Part shown: positions 46,064 through 54,744 of the stretch, one piece after another
Position numbering within the stretch: position 1 is the first letter of the stretch
Layout of the letters: each line of letters opens with the position of its first letter
IMG/VR virus record: IMGVR_UViG_3300047551_002696
Coordinates: 1-60,316 of that record
Length of the DNA: 60,316 nt
Strand: one strand, 5' to 3'
From: a virus
Lineage: Duplodnaviria; Caudoviricetes
Position numbers and translations under genes: made by a program
The notes under the pieces: model-generated
Databases searched by the model: none
The model's input: the letters and a program-made list of their open reading frames with translations, nothing else
Told to the model about the DNA's origin: nothing

Positions 46064-47005
46064 ATGGCACCGTTAAAGTCAAATAACAATAGTAGAACTT
46101 TCAATTATAGGTTTGGAAGCACTGGAAAGAGGGCTTCTAGACCTGGACTAACATTTTCTGCAACTGGTGGAACTGTAACGGCAGCGGGAATAACCCCAGG
46201 AAATGGATATAGATATCATGTCTTTACTTCTCCCGGAACTTTTACTGTAACTCTTGGTTCCGGAACTGTTGAATATCTTGTAGTAGCTGGAGGAGGTGGG
46301 GGAGGAACTGGAACTGGAGGAGGTGGAGGAGCAGGTGGAGTTAGAAATGGTTCTATAACAATATCATCACCACAGACTGTTACTGTTGGATCTGGTGCTG
46401 CTCCTGCAGTACATGCAAACGCCTCTAATAATGGAAATAATTCAATATTTGGTTCAATTACTGCTAGTGCAGGTGGTAGAGGGGCAGGTGGATTTCCGGG
46501 TGGTGTAATAAATGCCGCATCTCCAGGTGGTTCTGGTGGTGGTGGTATGTCATATCCGCTTGCGGTATCTTCTACTGGAGGAACAGGAAATGCTGGAGGA
46601 TTTACTCCTCCTGAGGGAAACTCTGGTGGAAATGATTCTGGATTAAATGGTGGTGCTGGCGGTGGCGGTGCTGGCGGTGCTGGATCTACTGGACCCTCTG
46701 GAAATGGCGGTGCCGGGTCTCCATTTCCTGCATTTGCTGCACCAATAATATCTCCAGAAATACCAGCACCAGTACAACCAACTTGGACACCAGCAGTTGG
46801 TCCAACAGGATTATATGGTGGAGGGGGTGGTGGTTCTACATCTGGTACTGGTGGACCTGGTGGTGGTGGTGCTGGAGGAACTGGCGCAGGAATTCCAGGA
46901 GTTAAACACACTGGTGGAGGTGGAGGTGCAACTTGGTCTTATTCTGGAGGAAATCCTGCAGGAGGTGGTGGTGATGGTATCGTTATTATCAGATACTCAA
47001 TCTAA
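46064..47005 (+). CDS. glycine-rich adhesin-like tip protein 2
   Basis: ATGG..TPGNGYRYHVFTSPGTF..EYLVVAGGGGGG, TPPEGN.GG, GG.GIVIIRY. Confidence 0.7.
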   Translation: MAPLKSNNNSRTFNYRFGSTGKRASRPGLTFSATGGTVTAAGITPGNGYRYHVFTSPGTFTVTLGSGTVEYLVVAGGGGGGTGTGGGGGAGGVRNGSITISSPQTVTVGSGAAPAVHANASNNGNNSIFGSITASAGGRGAGGFPGGVINAASPGGSGGGGMSYPLAVSSTGGTGNAGGFTPPEGNSGGNDSGLNGGAGGGGAGGAGSTGPSGNGGAGSPFPAFAAPIISPEIPAPVQPTWTPAVGPTGLYGGGGGGSTSGTGGPGGGGAGGTGAGIPGVKHTGGGGGATWSYSGGNPAGGGGDGIVIIRYSI

Positions 47006-47028
47006 ATAACTAAAAAAATAATATAAAA

Positions 47029-47961
47029 ATGGCACTTCGTTCTTTAGGAAATAGATTAGCATCTTTTAAAGATTATAACTCAAGATCAGAAACTGGAGGA
47101 TCAAGACCTGCTGTGTATGAATATGTTTTTTTTGGTGGAACAACTGGAACTATAACTGTCCCTAACATAGTTACAACTCTTAAAGTTGCTGGTTGTGGTG
47201 GAGGTGCAAATGGAGTTGCTGCTGGTCCTGCCGGTCTTGGTGGTGAAGCTGGAGGCGGTGGTGCAGCTTCAAATATTGTAGGTAATACATATTCTTTAGC
47301 AGGAATAACTAGCATTTATTATTCAGTTGGTAACGCTGGACAAGATACTTTTGTAAAACAAAACGATTCTTCTGGTGCAGATATTATTAGACTATCTGCC
47401 GGAAGTGGAACATCTGGTGGACCTGCAGCAGGTGGAGGACCAAATGCAGTTGCTGGTGGTGCTGGTGGTGCGCAGGTTGCCAGATATGGTAGTGGTTCTC
47501 CCGGAAGTTCATCACCATCTCCAGGAGGATGTGGTGGTGGTGGAGGAGGAGGAGGACTTACTGATAATGGTCAGCCTGGAACTTCTGGCGGATCCGGTGG
47601 ACCTTTTTCCGCAAATCCAAATGCAATACAAACATTTGCTTCTGGACCAGCACCAAGTTTTTGGTCTTTTCGAACCACTCCAGTTCCAACATCATCAACA
47701 GATTTATCAGCAGAAACTCAGGGTCAAAACTTTGCGTATGCTCATGGTGGGGTTTCATATGTTAATGCTCCAGGATCTGGTGGAGGAAGAGGTGGGGGTG
47801 CAGGAGTTGGTATTCAATACAATGACCCATCAAGCCCCGAAAATGGAAATTATTTTGGTGGTGGGGGTGGAAGTGATGGAAGCGCTGCGGGTGCTGGAGC
47901 ATATCCTTCAGTAAATGCAAGACAAGGCGGAAAGGGAATTCTTGTGTTACAATTTTATTAA
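47029..47961 (+). CDS. glycine-rich adhesin-like tip protein 3 (divergent)
   Basis: TITVP....LKV...GGG.NG, poly-G segments, GGKGILVLQFY. Confidence 0.65.
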   Translation: MALRSLGNRLASFKDYNSRSETGGSRPAVYEYVFFGGTTGTITVPNIVTTLKVAGCGGGANGVAAGPAGLGGEAGGGGAASNIVGNTYSLAGITSIYYSVGNAGQDTFVKQNDSSGADIIRLSAGSGTSGGPAAGGGPNAVAGGAGGAQVARYGSGSPGSSSPSPGGCGGGGGGGGLTDNGQPGTSGGSGGPFSANPNAIQTFASGPAPSFWSFRTTPVPTSSTDLSAETQGQNFAYAHGGVSYVNAPGSGGGRGGGAGVGIQYNDPSSPENGNYFGGGGGSDGSAAGAGAYPSVNARQGGKGILVLQFY

Positions 47962-47971
47962 TTTAACTTAT

Positions 47972-48481
47972 ATGAGCAAAATTGAAATTTTTGATAATTT
48001 GATACCAGAAAATGAACAGATAATCATAAAATCACTCTTATCCAGTGATATGTTCCCATGGTATTATAATTCACAAACTATAAGAGATTCTTTACAAAAC
48101 AGATCTCAGTTTACACATACGTTTTATAAAGAAAATTCTATACTCTCCGATAACTTTGACATCTTATTAAATTGTTTTAATCCTTATATCTCAGAATTTA
48201 AAACACATTGTATTAATAAGATGAAAGCAAATTTAAATATTGCACATTCTGATAGAAAAATTTTAAATCCTCATGTAGACCTCTTAACTTCTGGTATTAC
48301 TTACTTATATTACGTTAATGATTCGGATGGTCCAACAAGATTTTATGAATCAAAGTGGAACAATAAAAAAATATACCCAAAACAAGGTAGAATTGTAAGA
48401 TTTCCATCAAACATGCTTCATACTGGCGATGTGCCAAGAAAACATGATAGAAGAATGGTAATTAATATTATTTTTGAATAA
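47972..48481 (+). CDS. 2OG-Fe(II) oxygenase
   Basis: IEIFDN, FPWYY, K.KANL, PHVD, LYYVNDSDG.T, PK.GR.V.F....H....P....R.VIN; start ATG 47972. Confidence 0.82.
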   Translation: MSKIEIFDNLIPENEQIIIKSLLSSDMFPWYYNSQTIRDSLQNRSQFTHTFYKENSILSDNFDILLNCFNPYISEFKTHCINKMKANLNIAHSDRKILNPHVDLLTSGITYLYYVNDSDGPTRFYESKWNNKKIYPKQGRIVRFPSNMLHTGDVPRKHDRRMVINIIFE

Positions 48482-48508
48482 ATTATAATAAATATTTAAA
48501 AAACAAAG

Positions 48509-49363
48509 ATGGGAATAAGATCAATTGGAAATAATTTACAAACTTTTTTAGACACTTTTCTGAGAAGTGGCACAGACGCAATGTTCGCATCAAATTTTTC
48601 TTTTGATGCTACTGGTGGTACTGTATTTGATTCTGGTGGATATCGTTATCATGTTTTTACCGCGTCAGGACCATTCAATATTTCTTCTCTAGGAGCAAGT
48701 CCGGGACAAATATCAAATCTTCTTGTTGTTGCTGGTGGGGGTTATGGGGGTCTTTCCCGTGCTGGAGGGGGAGGTGCTGGAGGATTAAGAAATATATCAA
48801 ATATTCCAGTAACAGTTCAAGATTATACTATAACAGTTGGAGGGGGGGCAGCAGTTCCTGGAGCTGCAACTCCGTCCTCCGCATTATCTTATACTGCTAC
48901 TGGTGGTGGATCTATGCCTGCTGATGGTGCTGTGGGTCCCGGAGGATCTGGATCGGGTGGTCCAGGAAATAACAGTGGTGCTGGTGGAACAGGAAATGTT
49001 GGAGGATTCACTCCACCAGAAGGAAATCCTGGTGGCACGGGATCTGCTGCTATTGGTGGTGGAGGTGGTGGGTCTGCTGCTGCTGGAAACAGCGCACCAG
49101 GTCCTTATCCAGCTCCAGGAGTTCAAGGTGGAAATGGGACATTAATTCCATGGGTGCCAAGTGCATATGGCGAAAATGGATATTTTGCTGCTGGTGGATC
49201 TTCTACTGGATATTCAGGTGTTCCAGCTCCACCAGGAAATACTGCTGGCGGGGGCGGTGGTGGAAACCGTGCTGCTTTAGCAAACACTGGTGGTGGAGGT
49301 GGAGGATATACTCCAAATGCGGCTGGAGGATCTGGAGTTGTTATTTTGAGATATTTGCCATGA
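48509..49363 (+). CDS. glycine-rich adhesin-like tip protein 4
   Basis: ATGG....GGYRYHVFT.SG, LLVVAGGG.GG, FTPPEGNPGG, ANTGGGGGG..GGSGVVILRY. Confidence 0.7.
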   Translation: MGIRSIGNNLQTFLDTFLRSGTDAMFASNFSFDATGGTVFDSGGYRYHVFTASGPFNISSLGASPGQISNLLVVAGGGYGGLSRAGGGGAGGLRNISNIPVTVQDYTITVGGGAAVPGAATPSSALSYTATGGGSMPADGAVGPGGSGSGGPGNNSGAGGTGNVGGFTPPEGNPGGTGSAAIGGGGGGSAAAGNSAPGPYPAPGVQGGNGTLIPWVPSAYGENGYFAAGGSSTGYSGVPAPPGNTAGGGGGGNRAALANTGGGGGGYTPNAAGGSGVVILRYLP

Positions 49364-49893
49364 TAAAATTTTTATATTATGTTTTTCATGTAAAAAATCA
49401 CAAAAAAGTACAAGAACAGATATTTCAACAATATATCAATCAAAGACAAAAAACACCAACACATGATGGATGTTTTATATCAAACACAGATTGGATAAAT
49501 GGTACATACCATTCATTGGGGAATTTTCACTACATTGATTTTTTACTTCAAGAAAATCAGAAGAAATTAGATGACTTTTATAAAAAAAATTTTTTAAGAA
49601 ATAAGCAATATCAAATAACAAATGCATGGTTTAATCAGTATGATTCATTTTCTGGAGCAGAACATAAAATCCATGCACATCCAAATAGTGATATAACAAA
49701 CATCTATTATTTAGAACTTAAAGATAAGCATTTGGCAACGCATATTATTCACCCACAAACTAAAAAAGTGATTAGACCAAACGTGAGAGAGGGTGATATT
49801 TTATGTTTTCCTGGAAACATAGAACATTATTCTCCGAAAAACTTTACAAAAACAAGAAAAACTGTACTTGCATTCAATATTGATATAAAATGA
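49360..49893 (+). CDS. putative 2OG-Fe(II) oxygenase (HxH type)
   Basis: NAWFNQY....H.IHAH, IYY, EGDILCFP...EH.SP.N....RKTVLAFNI; ATGA overlap with the upstream stop. Confidence 0.78.
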   Translation: MIKFLYYVFHVKNHKKVQEQIFQQYINQRQKTPTHDGCFISNTDWINGTYHSLGNFHYIDFLLQENQKKLDDFYKKNFLRNKQYQITNAWFNQYDSFSGAEHKIHAHPNSDITNIYYLELKDKHLATHIIHPQTKKVIRPNVREGDILCFPGNIEHYSPKNFTKTRKTVLAFNIDIK

Positions 49894-50399
49894 TAGAAAT
49901 CTTTGACGACGCTATAGAAAGAGAAGACCAAGATTATTTTGAGTCTTTTCTGCTAGGCGATTTATTTCCGTATTATTTTAGAACTAATACAACATATAAT
50001 GATGAGCAAGATACTTGCCAATTTCAACATAATCTATATTATAACGGACAAAGTAACTCAGAATATTTTGAAAAGTTTTTTAGTAAATTTAAAAAATTTA
50101 TTGATAATTACTCTTCTCATAAAAGTATAATTAGAATGAAAGTAAATTTACTTTTAAATAATAAAGCAGATACTTTTAATACTATTCATACAGATTATGA
50201 CTTAGAACATTTAAGTTTATTGTATTATGTAAATGATAGTGATGGTGATACTTTTTTATTTGATGGTAATATTGTCATTAAAACAGTATCTCCAAAAAAA
50301 GGAAGAATTTTGCTTTTTGATGGTAAATATAAACATGCAAGTTCAAATCCCATTCACTCAAAATATCGTTCAGTTATTAATATTAATTTAGGACCATGA
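49890..50399 (+). CDS. 2OG-Fe(II) oxygenase (paralog of 47972)
   Basis: IEIFDD, FPYY, RMKVNL, IHTD, LLYYVNDSDGDT, PKKGRILLFDG...HASS.P....R.VININ. Confidence 0.82.
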   Translation: MIEIFDDAIEREDQDYFESFLLGDLFPYYFRTNTTYNDEQDTCQFQHNLYYNGQSNSEYFEKFFSKFKKFIDNYSSHKSIIRMKVNLLLNNKADTFNTIHTDYDLEHLSLLYYVNDSDGDTFLFDGNIVIKTVSPKKGRILLFDGKYKHASSNPIHSKYRSVININLGP

Positions 50400-50773
50400 A
50401 AGAAATTATTTTACCATTAGAGAATCATAATGTTTTTAATTTTCAGGCATCAACATGCCCAGAAGGAGTTAAATTTTTCTTTGACAGGAATCGTTATTTG
50501 CTGATAAGAAATCTTTTTTCTGAAGGTGAAAAATTCAATATGATTGAAAAAAAAGTTAGTAATGCAATTATGAAATCAGTCTATTGTGCCTTTTCTGGTG
50601 ATTTAAAAATGATTTGTTCAACAACAGAACCAATAAAATTATTAATTGATTCTGGTTATTTCACACTTAATGTTGGAGATGCATTTTTATATGAAGACAA
50701 TAGTATAGATGTGAAAGTTAAGAAAAAAATGTTTAAATTTCCAGAATTTCAAATACTATCTTTTTGTTTCTAA
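50396..50773 (+). CDS. hypothetical protein, possibly a degenerate oxygenase fragment
   Basis: EGVKFFFDRNRYLLIRNL resembles QGAREYFDKHGYMIIKNL of 43625, and L.VGDAFLY resembles LQDGWGLLY, but there is no HxD...H. Confidence 0.45.
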   Translation: MKEIILPLENHNVFNFQASTCPEGVKFFFDRNRYLLIRNLFSEGEKFNMIEKKVSNAIMKSVYCAFSGDLKMICSTTEPIKLLIDSGYFTLNVGDAFLYEDNSIDVKVKKKMFKFPEFQILSFCF

Positions 50774-50803
50774 ATATTATAAAGATCTATAAAATAAGTA
50801 AAA

Positions 50804-51400
50804 ATGGCACATTTTGCTCAACTTGACGAGAACAATATAGTTACTAGAGTCATTGTTGTAAGCAATGAAGATGTTTTAAATTCTGATGGGGAAGAAGTAG
50901 AACAAATTGGGATAGATTTTTGTAAAAATCTTTTTGGATCCGATACTAATTGGAAACAAACCTCATATAATAGTAATATGCGAGTAAGATATGCTGGACC
51001 TGGAGATATGTATGATGAAGAATATGATGCGTTTATTAGACCAAAACCTTTTCCATCTTGGGTTTTAAATGCACAAACACTGGATTGGGAGTCACCAATT
51101 GGACCTCCCCCCATACTTACTGAAGCAGAGATTGAGTATCGTTGTTTCTATATCTGGAATGAAGAAACTCAACAATGGGATTTAGAAACTCCTCGACCAT
51201 TAAAACCAGAACTTACAGAAGAGCAGTTTCTTAATAGGCAATTTTATCGTTGGGATGAAATAACTAATACTTGGGTATTAGTTCCAGTGTCTAATTTACC
51301 ACCATCACTTACACAAGAACAAATTTTTTCAGGAAAATATTATCGTTGGGATTATGAAACAGAATCATGGATATTAGATACAAATCTACCACCATCATGA
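50804..51400 (+). CDS. MAH(Y/F)A-family fibre-associated protein, copy 2
   Basis: MAHFAQLD.NNIV..VIVV, WKQTSYN..MR.RYAG.G..YD...DAFI.PKPFPSW; three C-terminal LT..Q...Y.W.E....W repeats. Confidence 0.72.
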   Translation: MAHFAQLDENNIVTRVIVVSNEDVLNSDGEEVEQIGIDFCKNLFGSDTNWKQTSYNSNMRVRYAGPGDMYDEEYDAFIRPKPFPSWVLNAQTLDWESPIGPPPILTEAEIEYRCFYIWNEETQQWDLETPRPLKPELTEEQFLNRQFYRWDEITNTWVLVPVSNLPPSLTQEQIFSGKYYRWDYETESWILDTNLPPS

Positions 51401-51443
51401 TTAGTAGAAGGTTTTGATAAATATTTAAAAATACTCCACTAAA

Positions 51444-51779
51444 ATGTCAGTACCAGTAGTAAATTTAAGACTTGAAAAGGGAACTGATTTTGAAGCGACT
51501 TTTAATGTTACACAATCTGATGGTTCAGTTTTACCACTGAATAACTTTTCTGCAACTGCAAAAATACGTAGACATCCAGCAGCAACTACATCAAAATCCT
51601 TCAGTACAACAATTACTGTTGCAAAAGGTGAAATTAAAATTTCCATGAGTGCAGCAAATACATCCACATTAACTGCTGGTAGAAATTATTATGATGTAAT
51701 TATTACAGAATCAACTACTGGAAGAGTTACAAAAGTTTTTGAAGGTATGATGATGGTCGTAGACACGGTATCTGTATGA
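51444..51779 (+). CDS. small virion protein (Ig-like/BppU-like)
   Basis: NL.LEKGTDF...F, I.ISM....T..L..GR.YYDV, KVFEG pattern. Confidence 0.55.
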   Translation: MSVPVVNLRLEKGTDFEATFNVTQSDGSVLPLNNFSATAKIRRHPAATTSKSFSTTITVAKGEIKISMSAANTSTLTAGRNYYDVIITESTTGRVTKVFEGMMMVVDTVSV

Positions 51780-52105
51780 CATACAACGTTTCTCTTTCTT
51801 CAAGTTCAAGTATTTCTGTTAAAAGATCATCAGCACCAAAAGTAAAACTTAGTGTAATTGCTGGAGGAGTTCAAGTGCCTGCAAAGTTTTCAGATTTGGG
51901 AGATTATAATCCTAGCGGTCTCCAAGACAAATATGTTATTATGTATGATGCGGCAACTCAGAAGTACTACCCAGTAAATCCAGATACTGTTCTTTCTGCT
52001 GCATCTAATACAGAGACTACACAACCCGGTCTTCCAGGTGATTTTATTGGTACTTTGGATACAGACCTTGACGATAAAATTGATCTTGATGCTGGAAGTT
52101 TTTAA
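51776..52105 (+). CDS. hypothetical virion protein
   Basis: 109 aa, ATGA overlap, ends LDAGSF like the IDGGAF end of 52138. Confidence 0.6.
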   Translation: MTYNVSLSSSSSISVKRSSAPKVKLSVIAGGVQVPAKFSDLGDYNPSGLQDKYVIMYDAATQKYYPVNPDTVLSAASNTETTQPGLPGDFIGTLDTDLDDKIDLDAGSF

Positions 52106-52137
52106 CGTCTAAATAATAAAAAAAGAGTGTATAGAAG

Positions 52138-54249
52138 ATGGCAGCTCCTGTTTTACAGTTTAAGAGAGGTCTTCTTGCTAATCTTCCCGGTTTAAGGGCA
52201 GGTGAACCTGGTTTTACAACTGATTCATACGACCTTTACGTTGGTATTGATAGTACCCTTGCAACAAATAAATTCTTTGGTTCTCATAGATATTGGAAGA
52301 AAGAAACCGCTTCTGCTGGAAGTGGAATAAATCTTGTAGAAGCAAATACAGGATCTGACTTTATTACCCTGGCAGCACCCGCATCGGTCGGTGCTGCAGT
52401 CACATATTACTTTCCAGCAACTCAAGGATCTGCATCTTCAGTTCTGACTAATGATGGTAGCGGAAACTTAAGTTGGGCAAGTGGTTCAAGTAATGCAGTT
52501 TTTACTGGTATTACTACATTCTCAGATACTACTGATAACACACTAGGCAATGAGAATACTGGAGCAGTCCAGCTTGACGGTGGCATGGGTATTGCTAAAA
52601 ACCTCACCGTTAAGCAAAATCTTCATGTTGGTGGATACTCTGAGTTTGTCGGCATTGTAACGTTCAGAGGTGGTACAATCAATCTTGGTGATGATACTGG
52701 AGATAATATTAATATTGGCGGTGAATTTACTTCTGGATTATATCCGAATACAACAGCAACCTATGATCTTGGTGATTCCACAAGACAGTGGAGACATCTA
52801 AGTTTTTCTGGTGTAGGTACTTTTGCAACAGGCGCAGTTGTTGATGCAGTTAGGATTGGAATCACTGCCACAAATGAAATTGATACAAGTTCAGGTAACT
52901 TAATTCTTGATAGTACTGCGGGAACTGTTGATATTCAAGATCAACTTACCGTCTCCGGAATTGCAACAGTTAACAATAATTTAAATGTTGCTGGAGTTAC
53001 AACATCTCAACACCTTCTAGTAACTGGTGTTACTACTGCAACTGGTTCCTTTACTGCAAATGGTGCTGTAACTCTTGGAGATGCTGCTGGTGACATCATC
53101 ACTGTTAATGGTACTGCAACTTTTGGGCAAACAATCACTGGTACAATTAGCACTGCAACTCGTGCAAATTTAGTTGCAACTAATACTGCACCAAGCGGAA
53201 CTTTTTATCCCGGTTTATTTGTTAGCAACACTGGTGTTGGATCTACGGCAGTTTATGTTGATGCTGGTATTTCTTATGTAACAAACACAGATACTTTAAC
53301 GTTAACTGGAGACATTGCAGTTAATGGTGGTGATGTAACAACAAGTGCAACAACATTTAACCTGGTCAATGACACTGCAACTAACGTAAACTTTGCTGGT
53401 GCAGCAACAGCACTTGTAATGGGTGCCGCAACTGGTATTTCAACTATCAGAAATAATCTAACAGTTGGTGGCGATGTTAGAATTAATGGAAGTGATATTC
53501 AAGCAAGTGACGGAAATACTAACATTACTCTTACTTCAAATACATTAACTGCATTTGCTGGTGATATTCGTGTTAATGGTAATGATATTCAAGCAAGTGA
53601 TGGAAATGCCAATATCTCCCTTACTTCCAATACATTAACAACATTTGCTGGTGATATTCGTGTTAATGGTAATGATATTCAAGCAAGTGATGGAAATGCT
53701 AATATTACATTAACATCAAATACATTAACTGCATTTGCTGGTGATATTCGTGTTAATGGCAATGACATTCAATCCAGTACTGGTGCAAATGTTATTACCA
53801 TGAGTACAAATAATGCAACATTTGCAAATGATGTTACTGTTACTGGAAACCTTTATGTTAATGGTAGCACAACGCAAGTTAATACCACAACATTAAATGT
53901 TAAGGATGCCCTAGTTGATCTTGGTTTAATTGATACTGGTGGTGGAGTTCTTGGAGTACCAACATCAGACCTGAATAAGGATATTGGTCTTCTCTTTAAC
54001 TATTTTACGGCATCTGCTAAGAAAGCAGCAGTTTATTGGGATGATTCTACATCTAGAATTGTTTTTGCTGATGATGTAACAGAGTCTACCGGTGTTCTTA
54101 CTCCAGCTACTGGTGGATATGCAGCAGTAGAAATGGAAGAATTGTGGATTAACTCATCATGTACAACAAATACTTCAACTAGAGTCATAGGTTGTACTGG
54201 ATCTACTTTAATTCTAGAAAACATAACCATCGATGGTGGCGCATTCTAA
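52138..54249 (+). CDS. tail fibre protein (Mtd_N/hyaluronidase-like N-terminus, 30-aa repeats)
   Basis: LQFKRG...L..GEPGFTTD...LYVG start; fibre motifs LTVGGD, V.GNLYVNGSTTQVNTT.L.V.D. Confidence 0.72.
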   Translation: MAAPVLQFKRGLLANLPGLRAGEPGFTTDSYDLYVGIDSTLATNKFFGSHRYWKKETASAGSGINLVEANTGSDFITLAAPASVGAAVTYYFPATQGSASSVLTNDGSGNLSWASGSSNAVFTGITTFSDTTDNTLGNENTGAVQLDGGMGIAKNLTVKQNLHVGGYSEFVGIVTFRGGTINLGDDTGDNINIGGEFTSGLYPNTTATYDLGDSTRQWRHLSFSGVGTFATGAVVDAVRIGITATNEIDTSSGNLILDSTAGTVDIQDQLTVSGIATVNNNLNVAGVTTSQHLLVTGVTTATGSFTANGAVTLGDAAGDIITVNGTATFGQTITGTISTATRANLVATNTAPSGTFYPGLFVSNTGVGSTAVYVDAGISYVTNTDTLTLTGDIAVNGGDVTTSATTFNLVNDTATNVNFAGAATALVMGAATGISTIRNNLTVGGDVRINGSDIQASDGNTNITLTSNTLTAFAGDIRVNGNDIQASDGNANISLTSNTLTTFAGDIRVNGNDIQASDGNANITLTSNTLTAFAGDIRVNGNDIQSSTGANVITMSTNNATFANDVTVTGNLYVNGSTTQVNTTTLNVKDALVDLGLIDTGGGVLGVPTSDLNKDIGLLFNYFTASAKKAAVYWDDSTSRIVFADDVTESTGVLTPATGGYAAVEMEELWINSSCTTNTSTRVIGCTGSTLILENITIDGGAF
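53470..53772 (+). repeat. 90-bp tandem repeat, about 3.3 copies
   Basis: GATATTCAAGCAAGTGA at 53494, 53584, 53674; unit GDIRVNGNDIQASDGNANI.LTSNTLT.FA. Confidence 0.9.
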
Positions 54250-54274
54250 CCTAAATAATCAAAAAGTATAAACA

Positions 54275-54496
54275 ATGGGTAAGTCTAGAGATACTGCGAA
54301 CTTAGTTTCCTACTTAAATCTATCTGTAGATATTACAAACGATAGGGTTGGTATTGGTAGCACAGTTCCATCACAAAAACTTGATGTTACTGGAAATGTA
54401 AGAGTTGTGGGAATTGTCACTGCAACTTCGTTCGAAGGGTCTGGTGCAAATCTTACGGGAATAGTTAATACTTTAGATACTATGTTATTTGGATGA
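54275..54496 (+). CDS. miniature fibre-like protein
   Basis: 73 aa: MGKSRDTANLVS, one RVGIGS..P..KLDV.G unit, FEGSGANLTG, C-terminal TLDTMLFG; CTAAATA upstream. Confidence 0.65.
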   Translation: MGKSRDTANLVSYLNLSVDITNDRVGIGSTVPSQKLDVTGNVRVVGIVTATSFEGSGANLTGIVNTLDTMLFG

Positions 54497-54499
54497 TCT

Positions 54500-54531
54500 A
54501 AATAGAGGAAGTTTATCTTCCTCTATTTTTT
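54500..54531 (+). terminator. intrinsic terminator overlapping a CTAAATA late promoter
   Basis: AAATAGAGGAAG-TTTAT-CTTCCTCTATTT followed by a T run. Confidence 0.7.
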
Positions 54532-54744
54532 ATGAATGAACAAGATTATAAGTATCTGATTGCAACATATCAGCAAAAAACTCTTGAGATTCTATCTCAA
54601 CTAATTGTTGCCGAATCTAAAAATAGACAACTTAATGATATTACTGAAGCATTAAATGTAAAAATTAGTGAGCAACAGAAAGAAATTGATAAATTATCCT
54701 CAAAAACAAAAAGAACCACAAAGGCAGAGGAAGATTTTCAATAA
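54532..54744 (+). CDS. small coiled-coil protein
   Basis: 70 aa with heptad pattern. Confidence 0.65.
   Translation: MNEQDYKYLIATYQQKTLEILSQLIVAESKNRQLNDITEALNVKISEQQKEIDKLSSKTKRTTKAEEDFQ

Noticed and set aside
41956-47914. Long antisense or alternate-frame ORFs (41956-42453, 46216-46911, 47375-47914 and similar)
   Set aside because: By-products of GGN-rich, stop-poor glycine codon runs; no RBS or independent motifs.
42300-49359. Extended starts at 42300, 47915 and 49150 suggesting overlaps or frameshift fusions
   Set aside because: The extensions are off-frame reads of upstream Gly-rich genes; downstream ATGs (42534, 47972, 49360) match paralog starts, and no slippery site was identified.
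41575-49363. Diversity-generating retroelement or invertase shufflon acting on the tip genes
   Set aside because: No reverse transcriptase or recombinase in the window, no inverted cassettes, and no template/variable repeat pair differing only at adenines was seen.
39700-53772. Regularly spaced repeats as a CRISPR-like array
   Set aside because: They are in-frame coding tandem repeats without unique spacers; no cas genes.
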